A model generated the notes under the pieces. That model made no database searches. It was not told the origin of the DNA and saw nothing but the letters and a program-made list of their open reading frames with translations. Shown here piece by piece: positions 1-14,935 of a stretch of 64,000 nucleotides of DNA. Both the position numbers and the translations under genes were made by a program. Source of the stretch: Antedon mediterranea (lineage: Eukaryota; Animalia; Echinodermata); assembly GCF_964355755.1 (NCBI RefSeq), contig NC_092677.1, positions 14,964,101 to 15,028,100 on the forward strand, read 5' to 3'. Every line of letters begins with the position of its first letter. Positions within the stretch are counted from its first letter, which is position 1.

Positions 1-36
1 AAATCCAACAACTTCTTCAAATAAACAAACAATAAC

Positions 37-3000
37 CTCTCTGTTTCTTTGTTCTTTTGTTTACGTTTACGATGCATCTCCATTATCTCTTTGACGTGCA
101 TTTGTTCCTCTCTCTGTCGCTCTTTAGCTTCCTCGGCTGTCTCCCCAGTAACTGGGTTTCTAGATTCTATGGCAGCTCTTACCTGTTCTTCCTGCTCTTG
201 CCTTTGTAACTCTTTCTCTTTTTTAATTCTAAAATACAATGCGTATAGTACCTTAAATGGTTGAAAAGCACAGCTTAAAATTTAATAAGCAGTGGTGGCT
301 GTAAAATATATTCATTTTCATGTTATCTGTAGCCGTGTGCAATATTTTTACATAGAAGTTCAATATGCAAAAAAGTCGTCAGCCATTATTAATTTATGGA
401 ACCAACCACTGCAGTGTTTTTTCAGTGATGGGGCATGGAGGTTAATTTCTACTGCACAAAGTAATAAAATGTAGAGCCATAAAGGTCTGCATTCATCTGA
501 ATGTAAAATAGGTAGCTTTCGGTTTGCAAAGACCTATCAAGGTCATAAATCTGCTTCTGGAGAGAGCTGACCTTTGACGGCAATACAAAATAACACTTCA
601 AATGATCCTATTACTGTACCTATTAATCTTCTCTCTGTGTTCCTTGCGGCGAATGGTTTCTCTCACTTGTTCTCGTTCAATATCCATAAATAATCGTCTG
701 TACATTGAAAACTGATTTTTTGACTACAGTGAAAAGAATAGACAGTTACAATATTAACATAGGTAGAATAGGTAAAACTCCTATTAAGGGTACAACTTTT
801 TCGGGACCAAATAAATTGATTAAGATATATATCGTTTGTTTCACGGGAAAGTGTAGCATCAATGTTCAGATAAGGGTTGCTTTGATAATTTGTGTTAAAG
901 CAGTCTATGAATGAGACAATTTATCTTATTCAATTAATTAAGAGGACAATTTAATTATTAAAGTACACACCAGTCGTTTTTCCTCTTCCTGTGCCTGTCC
1001 AGGATTAACATCAGGAATGTGTAATTTCTGCAATAATGCCATACGTTGTTTACTACTACCCTGTGAAATTATATCACCTTGACCTTCAACATATATGTCT
1101 GTATCAAAAGTTACTTTACGAGTTGGTGCAATTGCTGTTTTTAAACAATCACCTTTCCTTCCAATAAGCTTTGTATTGGAAGACACTATATCCTGAGGCA
1201 CACTGTCCGCTTCTTGTAAAAACTCTTCAGGTTTCTCACTTTCTTTCCCAGGTTGGACCATTTCTACATACGCTTGTGGTATATGTTGCAAGTTACTGGT
1301 ACAATATGGCTGAAAAATAAGAAGTGAATTCTTCTTGCAATCTTCTGTGGCCATAATGATGATAATGAATTCATATTTTTTATTACGCTTTATATTGTAA
1401 CCGCTCCAAAGCATAGTGGACCGTCATCTCCCCTATGGCTAAGGATCCCTTTGTGTCGAGTACCACTGGATTCTTGAAAGTGCACAAGCCATATGTGTAC
1501 ACTTATCCGAAAAGACTTCTACCACCAGAACTATGGCCAAGGAGAGCTTTAAAACCTCCGATGTTGTGGCTATGATTGTAACAGCTCGGCCACTCAACTC
1601 AAGGGAGACACTTAAAATTTAAAAATATTCCCACATATATCAATAGTACAGTACTTTATAGTTTCCATTAAGGTTTATCTACTTAAGTGAAATACTTACT
1701 ATATTTGAGGGAAATAATCTCACTTTAAAGTTAGATTGTTGAATATGGCCACAGATTGTTTAAAATTGACTCAATTTTGAGGTCAAACTGGGCTTATAAA
1801 ACATTGTACTTACTAGTTTGTCTCTTGTGGCTGACATACCCCATGTACCACCAGGTAAACTTTGCTGCGAGGAAAACAATAAATCACAGTATGGTACAAA
1901 TTTAACAAACATTATAAACATTAAAAACCTAGATCTAAAACCTGATTTAACTGTGTAGTAAATTATCTTTTACAAGGTAAGTTCAGTTACTATTACATCA
2001 CTACTATCACAGTCAATTTGGTACATTTATTATTTCCTAGATGGCCTACCTTTCCTAAAAACATTTGTTTATCAGCGAGATTACGTCTAGCTCTGCTGAT
2101 AACTCTATGAATATTTTGTGAATGTTCCTCAAACTGTTTTGTTGATTCCTCCTCCTCTACCTCGCTTTCAGATGTTACCAAATCGCTGCCAATGGCGTGA
2201 TGATCCACAGAGCGGTACAAGCAGCGATTTTTCTTTGGTGTGTGCTTTTCTGCTGCATGGATTGTTTGGTGTACAATGTTCTGTTCTAGTTCAACCTGTA
2301 AACAAAAATAGGAACAGCATGAATTGTGACGACAATAATTAAAATTGTATGGCCCATTTTCCTCCTGTGCTGAACACCGCAAAAATCGTTGAAATAAAAT
2401 CAAGCTTTGAATAGGGCATTTTGTAGATATTCACTTTTGAAAAAAAGAATGATTTCACTAATAAAAATGACAAAATAAACTTATAAAATATTATCAGGTC
2501 AAAATTTGTTTGTTTGATTTAATTTTTCGTCAAAGTGAATAACTATTAAAATAGCCTATTTATTCAACAACATTATTATTGTTAAAATACAGTATTTTCT
2601 TTCAGAATATATTATAATATATCTTTAAATGCAAAGCTAGGCTATAAGTATATAATAAGTACAGTAGTAGGTACAGTCAGAAATATTATATAGAGCCTAG
2701 CTATAATATCTCTATGAAACCAATGCATACCGCTTTGTATGACTTCTCTAATTGTTGTTGTTTCTTGATTTTCTGTAATTTCTGAACTCGTTTTCGTACT
2801 TCTTCTTGAAAGTGGAGTAATTTGGCTTTTTTTTCTGCCTGCTTTCTCCTTATTTTCTGCTCCTCAATTTCAGCTGACACCTGTATTGAGAAAAGCAGTG
2901 TCTTTTTTTATTGAAGCCTCCTACTACTAGCTAGGGAGGCCTAGCCTGGGCCTAACCCTAAAAATTAATATAAATTCATCATAATGTCAATGATAATACA

Positions 3001-4865
3001 TGTCATAAATAATAATAAGGCGCTAATGCAGTTTCGTACCCACCCCTTAAAATTACTCAAAATGATTTCAATACTTCATCTAGCCTACTCACGAGTTGTC
3101 TACAGCATTCAGCAAGCATAAAATGGTAAAATATTGATAATTTCTTATTTATAACTATTTTTAATCAATTAATAATTGAGCACCCTTCAGAAATCCATCG
3201 CCAGCTTAGCTTCGTGAAAATCATCGCTAGGCCTGCCGATGAAAGTACGGAGGCCTCATAGGGCATCGATCTATAGAGGACGCTGTTATGATCATTTATT
3301 ATGGCGATAATTAAATATGCTTTACATGTTCCTCGTGTAACGGATTTTAAGTTTTTTTCATAAAGAAATATTTTGTGTTTAATTATGTTGTTAATGTTTA
3401 GAAATTCTATTTATTTTGACAAATTATATTTTTTGTAAGGGTCCCTAATGATCAGCTTCGGCTGGATGGACCACCCTCATAAAATATTGTTGAAATAAAT
3501 TAATGAATAGTTGCTTCATTATTTAATGTTTTATTTGATTTTATTTTAATAAACACAACAGGAAAGAAGATAAAAAAGAAGAAATGAAAGACATGAAATG
3601 ATGTATTCAGTGTCAGCAGAAGTAAAATAAATTCTAGTAATTGATGGAAAACATTTTTATTATAATTATTGTATTACTGTACATTACATTTCAATAAATT
3701 ATATCTTTCTGTTTTTGTTGCAATTCCTATTTCCATGTATTTGAAGAGGTCTTTCATAGGTGAATAAAAAATGTTAATTAATAATAATATACTTCTATAA
3801 AATCTTAAAACAGGGAAACCATTAGCATTTCTAGTATAGCTAGTGATAACAAATACTAAAACAATTAATTCGTCATAGCTTGATTATTGTGTTATAACAT
3901 TAACAATGTAACTCAGGAATGAAGTACTGTAATTCTTTTTATTCATTTCATTTATTTATTTGACCTACAAACCATAATGTAAAATAAACTAAAACAGAGG
4001 AAAATCGGTCAGTACTTATATCTTCAAGAGTCAGCAGTTCCATATTTATCTTCTTTTCTGTGTGAAATTCTACTAGTAAAATGAAAGAACAAATTAAAAA
4101 CACAACATAATTATGATGATACCCACAATGATGAATACAGCAATTGTATAGTATTTCTTTTCTTTATTAAAAATACGAAACGCATGTCGGAAATAATGAA
4201 AATTATAGTATTTGGTGCGTGCTTTAAACGTTAGTAACTACGCCCTCTATAGAACGCAACTGTTTACTCTATTAAACTCTATTAATAGAGTTAATGTCCT
4301 GTGAGGCCTCCGTACTTTTATCGGCAGGCCTAGCGATGATTTTCGCGAAGCTAAGCTGGCGATGTATTTCCGAAGGGTGCTCAGTATTAATTGATTAAAA
4401 ATAGTTTTAAATAAAAAATTATCGATTTTTTTACAATTTTATGATTGCAGAATGTTGTAGACAACTCGTGAGTAGGTTGGATGAAGATTTTGAGTAATTT
4501 TAAGGGGTGGGTACGAAACTGCATTAGCGCCTAATAATAATTTGATAGCCTACTCCTAACATAACTAGGCCTAAAAGTTAGTAAATAGGCCTAGCCTAGT
4601 AGGCCAAGTACTCCGCTCATTCACTAGGCTTATTAGCCACACACTGTCACAGACAGAGAGGCCTGCCTAGCCTAGGCTAGTAGTAGTAGTAGATGCGTCC
4701 TTTACTTACCAGTGCATCATGACTGTAGTACGATTGCGGTGCAATTTCAACCCATGCACCAACTGGAACAACATTTTGATGTCGACTACCTAAATTTCTT
4801 TGTGTTTCTTTATGAAATTTGCTTTTTTTTGAGCGTCGACAACGGAAAGAAATTGATGTTGCCAT
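37..4865 (-). CDS. CCDC15: Coiled-coil domain-containing protein 15 homolog; spliced, 3'-incomplete. Exons 4865-4710, 2880-2731, 2295-2050, 1864-1814, 1309-971, 723-620, 228-37
   Basis: All introns are GT-AG and exon phases are consistent. Translation gives the CCDC15 hallmark blocks VVPVGAWVE, LLHFQEEVRKRV..KKQQQLEKSYK and YRRLFMDIEREQVRE, followed by coiled-coil sequence. Confidence 0.9.
1385..1600 (-). mobile_element. Degraded SINE fragment (Deu/Nin-domain-like) in a CCDC15 intron
   Basis: The segment ccactggattcttgaaagtgcac...acttatccgaaaagac resembles the reverse complement of the conserved deuterostome SINE core; recalled similarity only. Confidence 0.4.
3019..4531. mobile_element. Non-autonomous PIF/Harbinger-type element in CCDC15 intron 1
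   Basis: ~245-bp imperfect TIRs (GGCGCTAATGCAGTTTCGTACCCACCCCTTAAAA... and its reverse complement ending at 4531), with TAA on both flanks (3016-3018, 4532-4534). Confidence 0.85.
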
Positions 4866-6300
4866 TTTTTTAAATAACGCGCGCCACCTACACAGTAGTA
4901 TAGGTTTCGACATTGGTGGCGTGGCTTTCATTTATGATACACATTACTTACTGTCAGTATGCTTACTGTACTACATACATGTACTGTACAGTACTTCTGT
5001 ATTACACAGTATTTTTTAAAGTTATTTTTTAATATGCCATTTTAATGTCACATAATACTAATAGAAATTTGATAAACTTGATAAATGAAATTGGATGGAA
5101 AAATAATAATAATTTGCCTGATAAAGTGTAGCCTAAACGGTATGTCAACAATGCATTCACATCACTTTATCACATGAAAAAATTCAACCTTTTCTTTTTA
5201 AGTGAAATAATTATTTGTTTTTATTTTCTACTGAAGTGAATAACTTTATTAAGTCTAGGTACGAAATTGACTCTATAACTGATCACTGCTCTATTGACTT
5301 TACGTACAAAAAATTATTATGTTTTTCTTTTCCCCACGTATTATATTCATTACAATTTAACTTTCACCTACTTTTTAAAACCAGATTAAAAAAATAGTCC
5401 ACCTTTCACCTAGATAACGTCACCGTAAATCTGATGCAATTGCCAAGTGTCGTCAAGATGCTTCGTAATACATTCAACGTGGCTGGCTAATCCATTATAA
5501 ATGACATTGACATGGTTCAAGTTAAAGGAAACCGGTTACAGTCCAGTGGGTAACTTTTAAAACGAATTAAAATAAAACGCGAACCTTCACCGATATTTTA
5601 AACAAGACCATTAAATGGCTGCAGTCGCGTGCGTAAATTTGAGTTAGTGTTTACTGACCAACCGACCGACATAGTTTGATGTAGAGTCCGCATTTGCACG
5701 CGCGACTAAAAAAGAAGAAACAACGTTACCGCCCCACTGAGATTACGAAAACATTTTTAAGCTACATGAAAGGCAAAACAAACCGTATCCATGGCATGGC
5801 ATGCTTATAACATTGAATCATACAGGAAGAAAGAAATTCGAAACAAATTGTATTTACTAAATAAGTAAAGTTAGGCCTAAATAAAATAGAAATGTAATCT
5901 GAAAGCATAAGAAACATCTATGTTTATAATATTTATTATTTGTGAGTTACTTTTCTTATTATTTCAAGGAAGTTACTTTTCACCTATATGTCAGAGCATG
6001 GACAAACAAAAGTTAACTTATTTCTCCATGGTCAGAGCAAAAGCTCCATCCGTCAACTTTCACACAGATATTATCGGAGATTACACGATAACTTAGTTAC
6101 AGATTGTTTACAGGTCTTATCATGTGCCCTTTATGCTTACAAAAATAAGTCCTGCTGATGCAATAAATAAGCTATTTATATCCGGGTTTGAGTATACATA
6201 AACCAGTGAATCAACGGTATCCCTCATTCTAGAAATAGTGTCGTGATATTTCGTTATTGCAGTCAACTACTTTTGTCTATTGTAAATTATATTTGCGAGA

Positions 6301-9300
6301 ATGGCTGGTATTCCGACGTGGGAATACAAGGGTTATACATTTCCTACACAAGTAAAACAGGAAGCATTAGAATGCATTGAAAACATGGAAGTTTTCGATG
6401 ATGATATTTGGCTTTGCACGTACCCGAAATCAGGTAAGATATATTTTTTGTATAAATATATTAATAGTGACCCAGACATGATGTGCAACATTGAACAACA
6501 AGAATCAACTACAACTAAAACCGTAACCATTGAGTGTAGGCCTAATAAGAAAAGTAGGGTGGGGAGGGGAGGGGAGGGAGTTGTTCAACTGCAGATTTAT
6601 ACCACCTGCATGAACTCGTGTTTGTTAGGGCTTATACATATTGCTTGTTTTTTAGGTACTCATTGGACGATGCAAATTCTCTATCTACTACAAGTCGATG
6701 GTGATTACGAAAAGATGTTAGGGCAGGGTCTTGGTGCGAAACGTCTACCACCGTTAGAGCTGTGCATTGATAAACCAGATGGGTCGATTGGCTACACGTA
6801 CAAAAAGTATGAACAATTACAATCCCCCCGACTAATTGTTACACATCTGCCATATGCCCTTCTTCCAAGACAAGTTTTCGAAAAAAGGACAAAGGTACGT
6901 AAATTTACTTTCAATTTTAATTACTTTTATGTCTTTTCGGGTTTGAAAAATATTTGCACATCATATGAATCTCTTGGTGCAAATTTTGCAACCAAACAGT
7001 GATTTTTAATATGTACCTATTGAGCTGTTTATCTACTTTATAGGTTCATACCAAGTTCATGAGACCCAAGTCTTGTCATTGTCCATTATATAGGAGGGGG
7101 GTCAACCATTATGACTACAACTAATTTCCACAATTATTGATTACATGTTTTAACCAAAGAAATAAAATGACATAAACTAGTATAGTATAAACATTTCCAG
7201 ACTTCGTAATAATTACTATCTATTAATTAAACAGGTCACAGAAAGATAAACATAACCATTACCCGAGTGATAAATGGTAGATCCCAGCTCGCTGGCATTC
7301 AAACATAGGTATCTTAATTTTGCAATTGTGAATATAAAAAACGACATATAGAACTAAATAACACCTAATAATTGTTCCTTATATATCAAACATTAGAATG
7401 ATATAAAAATTAGAATGCTACTTACAAATTATATAATGAAAAATTAACCCCAAACTTTTGATCGTAATATAGATTTGTTTAAATCCAATAATAGATCGAA
7501 AGAATTAGTGTACTAAAAATGATGCTTACAACACAGGGAGTTGTAGGCCTACCCTGCAAACGTTTCGCAAATATTCAAGCAGTTTGCTTTCTCAGGTATA
7601 GGCCTACTGTTGATCTTGGTACAGTCTGGTCAACACGTCACCTTGAGAAAAGCAAAGTTCGCTTTTATATGCTAAGCAAAAGATGAGTTCAACTAAGATG
7701 GTGTCTTCTTAATCTTTAATTAATATCATAAGGGCCCTATTTATAGTAAAGTTGATTCGAATAACATTTTCGTTGTAATTATAAACAACGTGCACTGTTT
7801 TATAGCTTGTTAAAACCGCTAATGTAGAAAAGCCAGCTAATATCGAAACAACCTAGAACAATCCACCGCTAATAGTAAAACCTCCAGCTTATGTAGTAAA
7901 TAAAAATCAACACCAGCTAATGTAGAAACGGTCAACAGCTTATGGATGTAGTAACGAAAATTGCCTCACAGCTTATGTAGGCAGTTACTATCGCCAGCTA
8001 ATGTAGAAAATGTTATATATTTTACAAAAATGTCTAAATCATGTGCAATCGATCTTTACTTAGCTCAGTCTTTCCACCTCTCGTAAGCAACCAACTATCT
8101 AAAACTACCACACATCGTAAGTAAGCAACCATCTCTGTTTAATCGGACCGCTTCTCATAATCGACCACCTCTTGTAAGCGACCACCTCTCTTACGAGCGG
8201 TGGTCGTTCAATAGAGGCAATCACTTTCGAGAGATCGTTGTGATGGGCGATGGTCGATTATGAAAAGCAGTCCCATAATAGAGGTGATGGTCCTTTAAAA
8301 GAGTCGTCACTGACGAGAAGTGCATGGTCGTTACGCTTACGAGAGGATGGAAGATGGTCGATTATGAGAAGCGGTCCTTTAATAGAGAAAGAGGTCGTGG
8401 TCCCTTAAAAGATGTGGTCACTTACGAGAGGTGTGGTCGTTAAGAGAGGTGGTCGCTTACGAGAGATGGTCGATTATGAGAAGCGGTTCCTTATCAGAGG
8501 AGGTGATCCCTTACGAGTGGTGGTCGATTATGAGAAGCGGTCCCTTAACAGAGATGGTTGCTTACGATGTGTGGTCGTTTTGCTTACAATTAAGAGGTGG
8601 AAAGACTGATAGCTAAGTAAAGATCGATGCATTTGCACATGATTTTGACATTTTTGTAAAATACTGTATATAACATTTTCTACATTAGCTGGCGATAGTA
8701 ACTACATAAGCTGGGAGGCAATTTTCGTAGCTACATATAGCTGTTGACCGTTTCTATATTAGCTGGTGGTGATTTTTATTTGCTACATAAGTTGTTTGTG
8801 TTTCTACATTAGCTGGAGGTTTTACTACATTATTAGCGGTGGATTGTTCTACATTAACGGTTGTTTCGACATTAGCTGGCGTTTTCTATATTACAGGTTG
8901 TAACATAGCTCTTAATATCTCACTTTATTTCACAGATAATATACGTTGCTCGGAATCCAAAAGACACGGCCGTATCGATGTATCATTTCTTCAAACCAGC
9001 AATGAAAAAAATGAATTTAGACGTCGACTGGAATCAGTTCTTTCAAATATTCATGTCCAAAAAATGTGAGAATTAATAATTTTTTATCTTACAAATCTGA
9101 AAACAATTATTATTAATACTGTAGATATATTAACCGTTTTGTTACAACGGTAGAAATGATTAGATCAAGGAGTTATTTAGACAACTCATGGTGGCGTGTA
9201 TAGGCCTACTGTGCATGTTTTGTTGTTGTTTTTTTCATACGCATCTAACAGCGAGCACAAACTCGCTAATTACAGGACGGATAAATTATTTTATAATTGA

Positions 9301-10776
9301 TCGTGCTTACTAAGTCTCATTTGAGCCCTAGAAGTGGAGTTGAAAGAGTCAGGAGTTACAACCCTGGCACTAGGTCAGGTCAGGATTGAACCCTCATGGA
9401 CGTTGGAATTGGAAGACAAGCACGTTAACTACCAAGTTACAGCTTCACTCTTCACTCTTGTTGAATATAAAATTCAAAATATTATTAGGTCACGTTATAG
9501 GCCTTCGGCTCCCTATTTCAATATCCTCGTCAGCCACCGACAAATGAAGTGTGAATATTATTGAGAAAATTGTAACTTTTACATTATAGCTCCATTTGGA
9601 ACTTGGACACAACATGTACTACCATTCTGGAAACGTAGAAATGATGAAAACATTCTGTTTCTTAAGTTTGAAGACATGAAAAAGGTAAATATTAGGCTTC
9701 AATATATTTTTTTTTCTTTTGTTTAAAATGCCTATTAACTATCGGCGATTTAAGTGAACGGGGTTCAAGATATAGTACCGCGACACAGATGCATACGGTA
9801 CATTGGTATCATCTGTCTCCTGAAATTTGATTGTAAGGATGTAAAAGCTATGACACTAAACTTATTCATCAAACAAAATAGATTAAAAAAAATGTAATAT
9901 TTCGGGCGAAATAGGCCTACAGTACTATCAGTTGAGCCCCTATATTAGAGATATTCCGGCTAACGAATGAAGAGAATTATACGGCCATCCTAATGTGTCA
10001 TAATAATAAGGGTTACTTCATTTTAGTAGGCCTACTGGTATAGACAGGTGATAATGTTAAGGTTTTTTATTTTAGGATTCCTTGGGAAGTATTCGAAAAA
10101 TTGCAGCGTTTACCGGCCGGTCTACGTCTACAGAGGTACTGCAAAATATAGTTACAAATTCATCGCCAGAAAAAACTAAGAAAACAATGGTCAGTGATGA
10201 TGCAGATATTCAAGCACTTTCAACAGGAGCATTCGTACGAAAAGGTACCGGTATATATTATTTTTATTCAATGTTTCAAAATAAATAACTACAAATACAT
10301 TTATAAAAAAACATAATTTGTAAATTAGAATATAGGCCCAATACTTAAAATGGATTTTTTTAATGTAATTTGTTTGTAGCACTTTTATTTTGTGTGTTTT
10401 TATTAGTTACCAATTTCGGGTCCCTGAATATCAACCGGCATTTATTTGACCAGCCGGAAGTTTTACCCTCTTTAAATAAAGTTGAAATAAGATTTGACTG
10501 TAGACATACTTGTGATGTTGATAAGAATATAGGTAGAGAGAAGAATAACAATAATGGAGAAGAGTGATAATCGGGTATGATGACTTTTTAATCACATGAT
10601 ACATCTTAAGTGATAAAATATGATAAAGTACAACAGTTCTGAAGTTTAGGCCTATATCTTTTTCAGGTATAATTGGTGATTGGAAGACACATTTTACCGT
10701 AGCCCAAAGTGAACAGTTGGATGAAGTTCTTCAAAATGATCTGAAAGAAACGGATCTTGAGATGATGTTTCAATAG
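6301..10776 (+). CDS. Cytosolic sulfotransferase (SULT family), 291 aa. Exons 6301-6433, 6656-6894, 8936-9065, 9590-9684, 10076-10244, 10667-10776
   Basis: The spliced ORF is 876 nt and in frame with GT-AG introns. Motifs: 5'-PSB TYPKSGTHW, catalytic THLP, 3'-PB IYVARNPKDTAVSMYHF, FEDMKK and C-terminal RKGIIGDWKTHFT. Confidence 0.95.
7808..8905. mobile_element. Foldback/MITE element with TGT...ACA ends in SULT intron 2 (Ginger-like termini)
   Basis: Arms 7808-~8200 and ~8430-8905 are inverted copies containing (c)agctaatgtagaa and cgaccacctct..taag subrepeats. TAGCT flanks both ends (7803-7807, 8906-8910). Confidence 0.7.
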
Positions 10777-11714
10777 TCTATATAGTTATATTTTTAAGGC
10801 CCATTTACACTAGGACGATCGACATTAATTACCATAGACAAATATGCATTTTCATACATAAACAAAACAAATCTAAAATTTTAATCATACGAATTTGGTG
10901 TGAACGACCCATGCTTTAATTACCACTGAATCCATTTTCCACGATATTTTTCTCAGAATCCGGGCGCTTGTGAAAGCAGCCTTTTACAGCTGCTGAAGAC
11001 ACTTTCCTTTTTATTATTTACAAAAAGTATGTGGCCTATGGATGTTGGAGGTACATATACAGATAGTCTGAAAAAAAAACCCCACAGAGAACATTTTATT
11101 ACTCCATTTCGTCAGTAATTAAGCCGAGTAATATTGATCACGTATAACAACCAAATGTAATATCAAATGTGTAGACACCTACCGTATTCTTACAGTCTTT
11201 TAAATAACACATTTAATGTATGAATTCTATACCAATCAAACTCAAAGTTAAAATTATTTGTCAATGTATTTTAAGTTTTCAAAATATTGATAGGCCTCCG
11301 CAGGAGAGGAATAATAAAACTTGCTAGCCTAGAGAGAGTTGTTCGTGTTTTCGTTTATTTAATAATTAGTAATTTATTAAAAACCGATGAAGTTAGGAAA
11401 AAGTAAATTTAATTGAATACAGGCCTACTGGGATTCTTATACTGTAGTTGCATACATAGTCCTACATTTCGAAATGGCCACGATGTAATTGGTAAACGAA
11501 GGAAATCCCAGCGTGAATTATAAGCAATCCGCTAAATGACCAGAGAACCGGGTTTAGGAGAGGCCTGTCATATACTAGGCCTTACTAAACTTACTTTGAT
11601 CTAAAAATTATAAATTATTAATATGTCGTGTTAAACTAAAACATTTAAATTTTTAAGTTTATATTTAAAATATAAAGTATCCATGCGTTATAAACCAAGT
11701 CTCATATAAAAGTA

Positions 11715-11780
11715 AACCAGGCACAAATCAGGTTCGAACCCTCACTCAGGACCTCAGGATTGGGAGGAAAGCATGTTAAC
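11715..11780 (-). mobile_element. tRNA-derived SINE head fragment (a related fragment lies at ~9360-9440)
   Basis: B-box-like GGTTCGAACC within a tRNA-like context; degraded. Confidence 0.35.
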
Positions 11781-14280
11781 AAAAATATATATAACAAAGA
11801 GCTTTCAACACACCTGCAAGAGCCAACAGTTCAGCATCTTCAATGTAATCTGGATCCATGTCTGTTGGTGGTTCTTGTGTCTCTTTGTGCTTCTGAAATG
11901 TAAACGTAAAAACATGACAATTCTAAATTTTAATAATATAATCAAAAATAATAAAAATGTGCAAAATCGAAATAAATGATCAAAGGTGCAGTGGACCAGA
12001 TGTTGCACGTTTAAAGACGCTTGTCTCCCCTAAGGGTCAAGCCATAAATAGGTACACTAAGTAAATTTTTAAGGAAATTTATTTGGAGACAAAATAACCA
12101 TGGACCTATAAATAAGTGTCCAGGGTTTAACAATACCTAACAATATAACATAATTACACACTTTATAAATGGTGTAGTATTTTTAATTTACACGAATATA
12201 AAACATTCATTATTTGTTTTATATAACATCTAAATAGATTCCTGTCATTTAAATAAAAGGTAGGCGGTCTAACCAATGCCTACATTAATTGATTCACATT
12301 GATTATAAAACAGTAACATTAACACTGTTAGTGTTAACGACCAAACAAGCCTAGGCCTAGCAAGGCTAACCGCCTAGGCATAGCGTAAATACTAACAGGC
12401 CTACAAGCTACTACTACTACTAGGCCTAGGCTACTACTAAAGTACGAAATAGGCGTGGGCGGTGCTTATTTCCAAAGCAATAGAATAAAACAAGAAATAT
12501 TTCTTACAAAAAACGCTGCTCGCTTATTGACGTAGCAGTTTTAAAGATATATTGTCCCTCTGAAAAATATTTTTTATTTCAAATTTGTTTTTGAATTTGT
12601 CATTTTATTGTCACATAATAGTTATTTTACCTGAAAAAATTTAATTAAAAGCAAAAAATACTTCAATTGTCTGTCAGACAATGGTTTTTGAGTTATAATT
12701 AAACGTTTCTTTTCTCTTTTTATAATGTGAATTTTGTTACAGAAGTGAATAACTTTGATATGAAACAGACTCAATTTAGTTTATTTTATTGCTAAGGTCA
12801 AGTCTGGAGGTCACTTCAAGTGTGAAGTATCATATTACAAACAAAAACTTTCATGGACTGTTTTGATAATATGTAATTCAATGATTATCTGACAGCGAAA
12901 TACAGTATTGTCATGGGACTCATAAATACCAGAAATACAGTTGGTACCTATAAATTATAGTCGAGTTTCCATTTTAACAAAAATGTCAAAGTGTAGTACT
13001 ATAACTGCTGCTTGATTTCGTCTAATAAATGAGTCATCTCGTGTGACGTAGCGGGCTAGAGCAGCAGCGTGAAAAATATTTTCCAAACGCGAACAGATTT
13101 TATTTTCGTACACGAAAAAAGTACTATTAAACGTCATTTGATTGGACCCACAATCGTCCAATCAAATGATAGGAATTTATTTAGGTATTATTATAATAAA
13201 TAATGACACCGTCGTAAAATAGTACGTTTGTTGTCTATAGAAGATTTACGGTCACATAACCGATAAGCTCTGCTTTATAATAATAGGATTAAATAGAGCA
13301 TTACATACTCTTACATTACACTAATGTTTACCAGGCCTACTGAAAAATAAGGTTCTTAAATTAAAAAAAAAAACATCATTTAATGATTTAAAACTATTAC
13401 GTCAAAACCCCGAGCGGCGGTTTTTGTAAAAAATAATTTCTTGTTTTATAACAAAAAAACAAAATATTATTTTGTTTTCAAACACGCTACTTCATCATTT
13501 TGTTGTGGCGCCCGCTATAGTAAGACGTGACACCATGCACGATGCATTGTAGTTTGTTTGGATTCTTGGAATAAATAAATCACGTTGTTTTGTTTGGGGA
13601 GGTCGGTCAGTCACGTGGTATCCATCTCCAAGTTTTTCATTTACAGTATACAGTACCAATCCATCATATCACGGAGTTGTTGATTTTCTGGTTGAAACAA
13701 AATGTGAACATTAATTTTGTTTGCTACATTCTTCCCGTGCGTGGCCTTCAAATATTGAATTGATGTTTCTGTCAGTCAGAAAGTGTCAGACAACCACCAC
13801 CACACCTTGGTACCCGACATGCAGAACATAATTGGATGATAGAGTTAAGCCAGTTGGAGGAGGGAGAAGGTTGGAATATGCAGGGAATGTAGAATAACAA
13901 ACTGTGCGTGGTTGGTTGTGAAATAGACCTTAGGGTATTATTGGCATTCCACAGGCAGGTAAATTTTGGCTTTTTGATTGTGAAAGTTTATAATAGAATA
14001 TGTTTGTTAGTGTTACTTATTATACAGTATTTTTATCAAGCTTGAATAGACTGTTGCCAACTCTCACTCTCGTCGACCCATCCATATCACATAGACCCTT
14101 TTTTTAGTATAATAAAATGTTATTCTTATTGCTTGAATGTTTTGATGGTGCCAACATTGTTTTGTTTACTTCTGCAGATTATATATTGCTTTGAATTCGA
14201 AGGACAGTCTATATCAAATGAAAAAAATGAGTTTTTTTCATTATTTTTTGGGGGTAAATATAATAACTTTTTGCAAAGAA

Positions 14281-14935
14281 TATAATATCAGAAGAATGAG
14301 CGATCCGCGATTTTTGCATTGGAAAGTGCATGGGAGCCCACCCACGAGCGGATGTATACAGACTAAATACTTGATTTAAATCGATATTAATTACTGTATA
14401 CATGACGTTACATTCAATAGAAATTATTGTATATTCACTTCAAGAAAAATTATTTTACCACCATGCAAAATTAGTTCACAAAGAAAATAATGTTTAACAG
14501 CAACAACAAAAATTAAACATGCAACACCCAGCATTGCCTACGCCTGGTAAATCAAGTAATGTTTTTATGATATAAATAATATAAAATACATGTTATATTA
14601 TAGGCTACAATGTCAAATTTAATTAATATTTATTTTTTCTTCAGAAACGAGTTAAATATTGAAATATTAATAAACCTTTCGTGAAAACATTTCAACAACA
14701 AGGCGCCTGGTAGATGACATGAACTGTCTATTCTGCAAAATACTAAATAATTTGCATAAAATGTACAATTAAATATCCAAATAGCATTTAACCATTTAGC
14801 ATGTACATATTCTAATCTATTGTGAAAACCCTACCGGTGGTCCAGGCTTAGATTAGTGTGACTGTCACAACAAGTTGTATACATTCCGATGTTGCAGGGA
14901 AAACCGCGGATTGCACATTCTTCTGATATATATTC
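14281..14935. mobile_element. Putative MITE (approximate bounds)
   Basis: ~30-bp inverted repeat: atatcagaagaatgagcgatccgcg versus ccgcggattgcacattcttctgatat. Confidence 0.45.

Noticed and set aside
6301-7002. 233-aa single-exon ORF from the ORF track
   Set aside because: It reads through a stop-free 222-nt intron (6434-6655) and into intron 2; the spliced model restores TYPKSGTHW.
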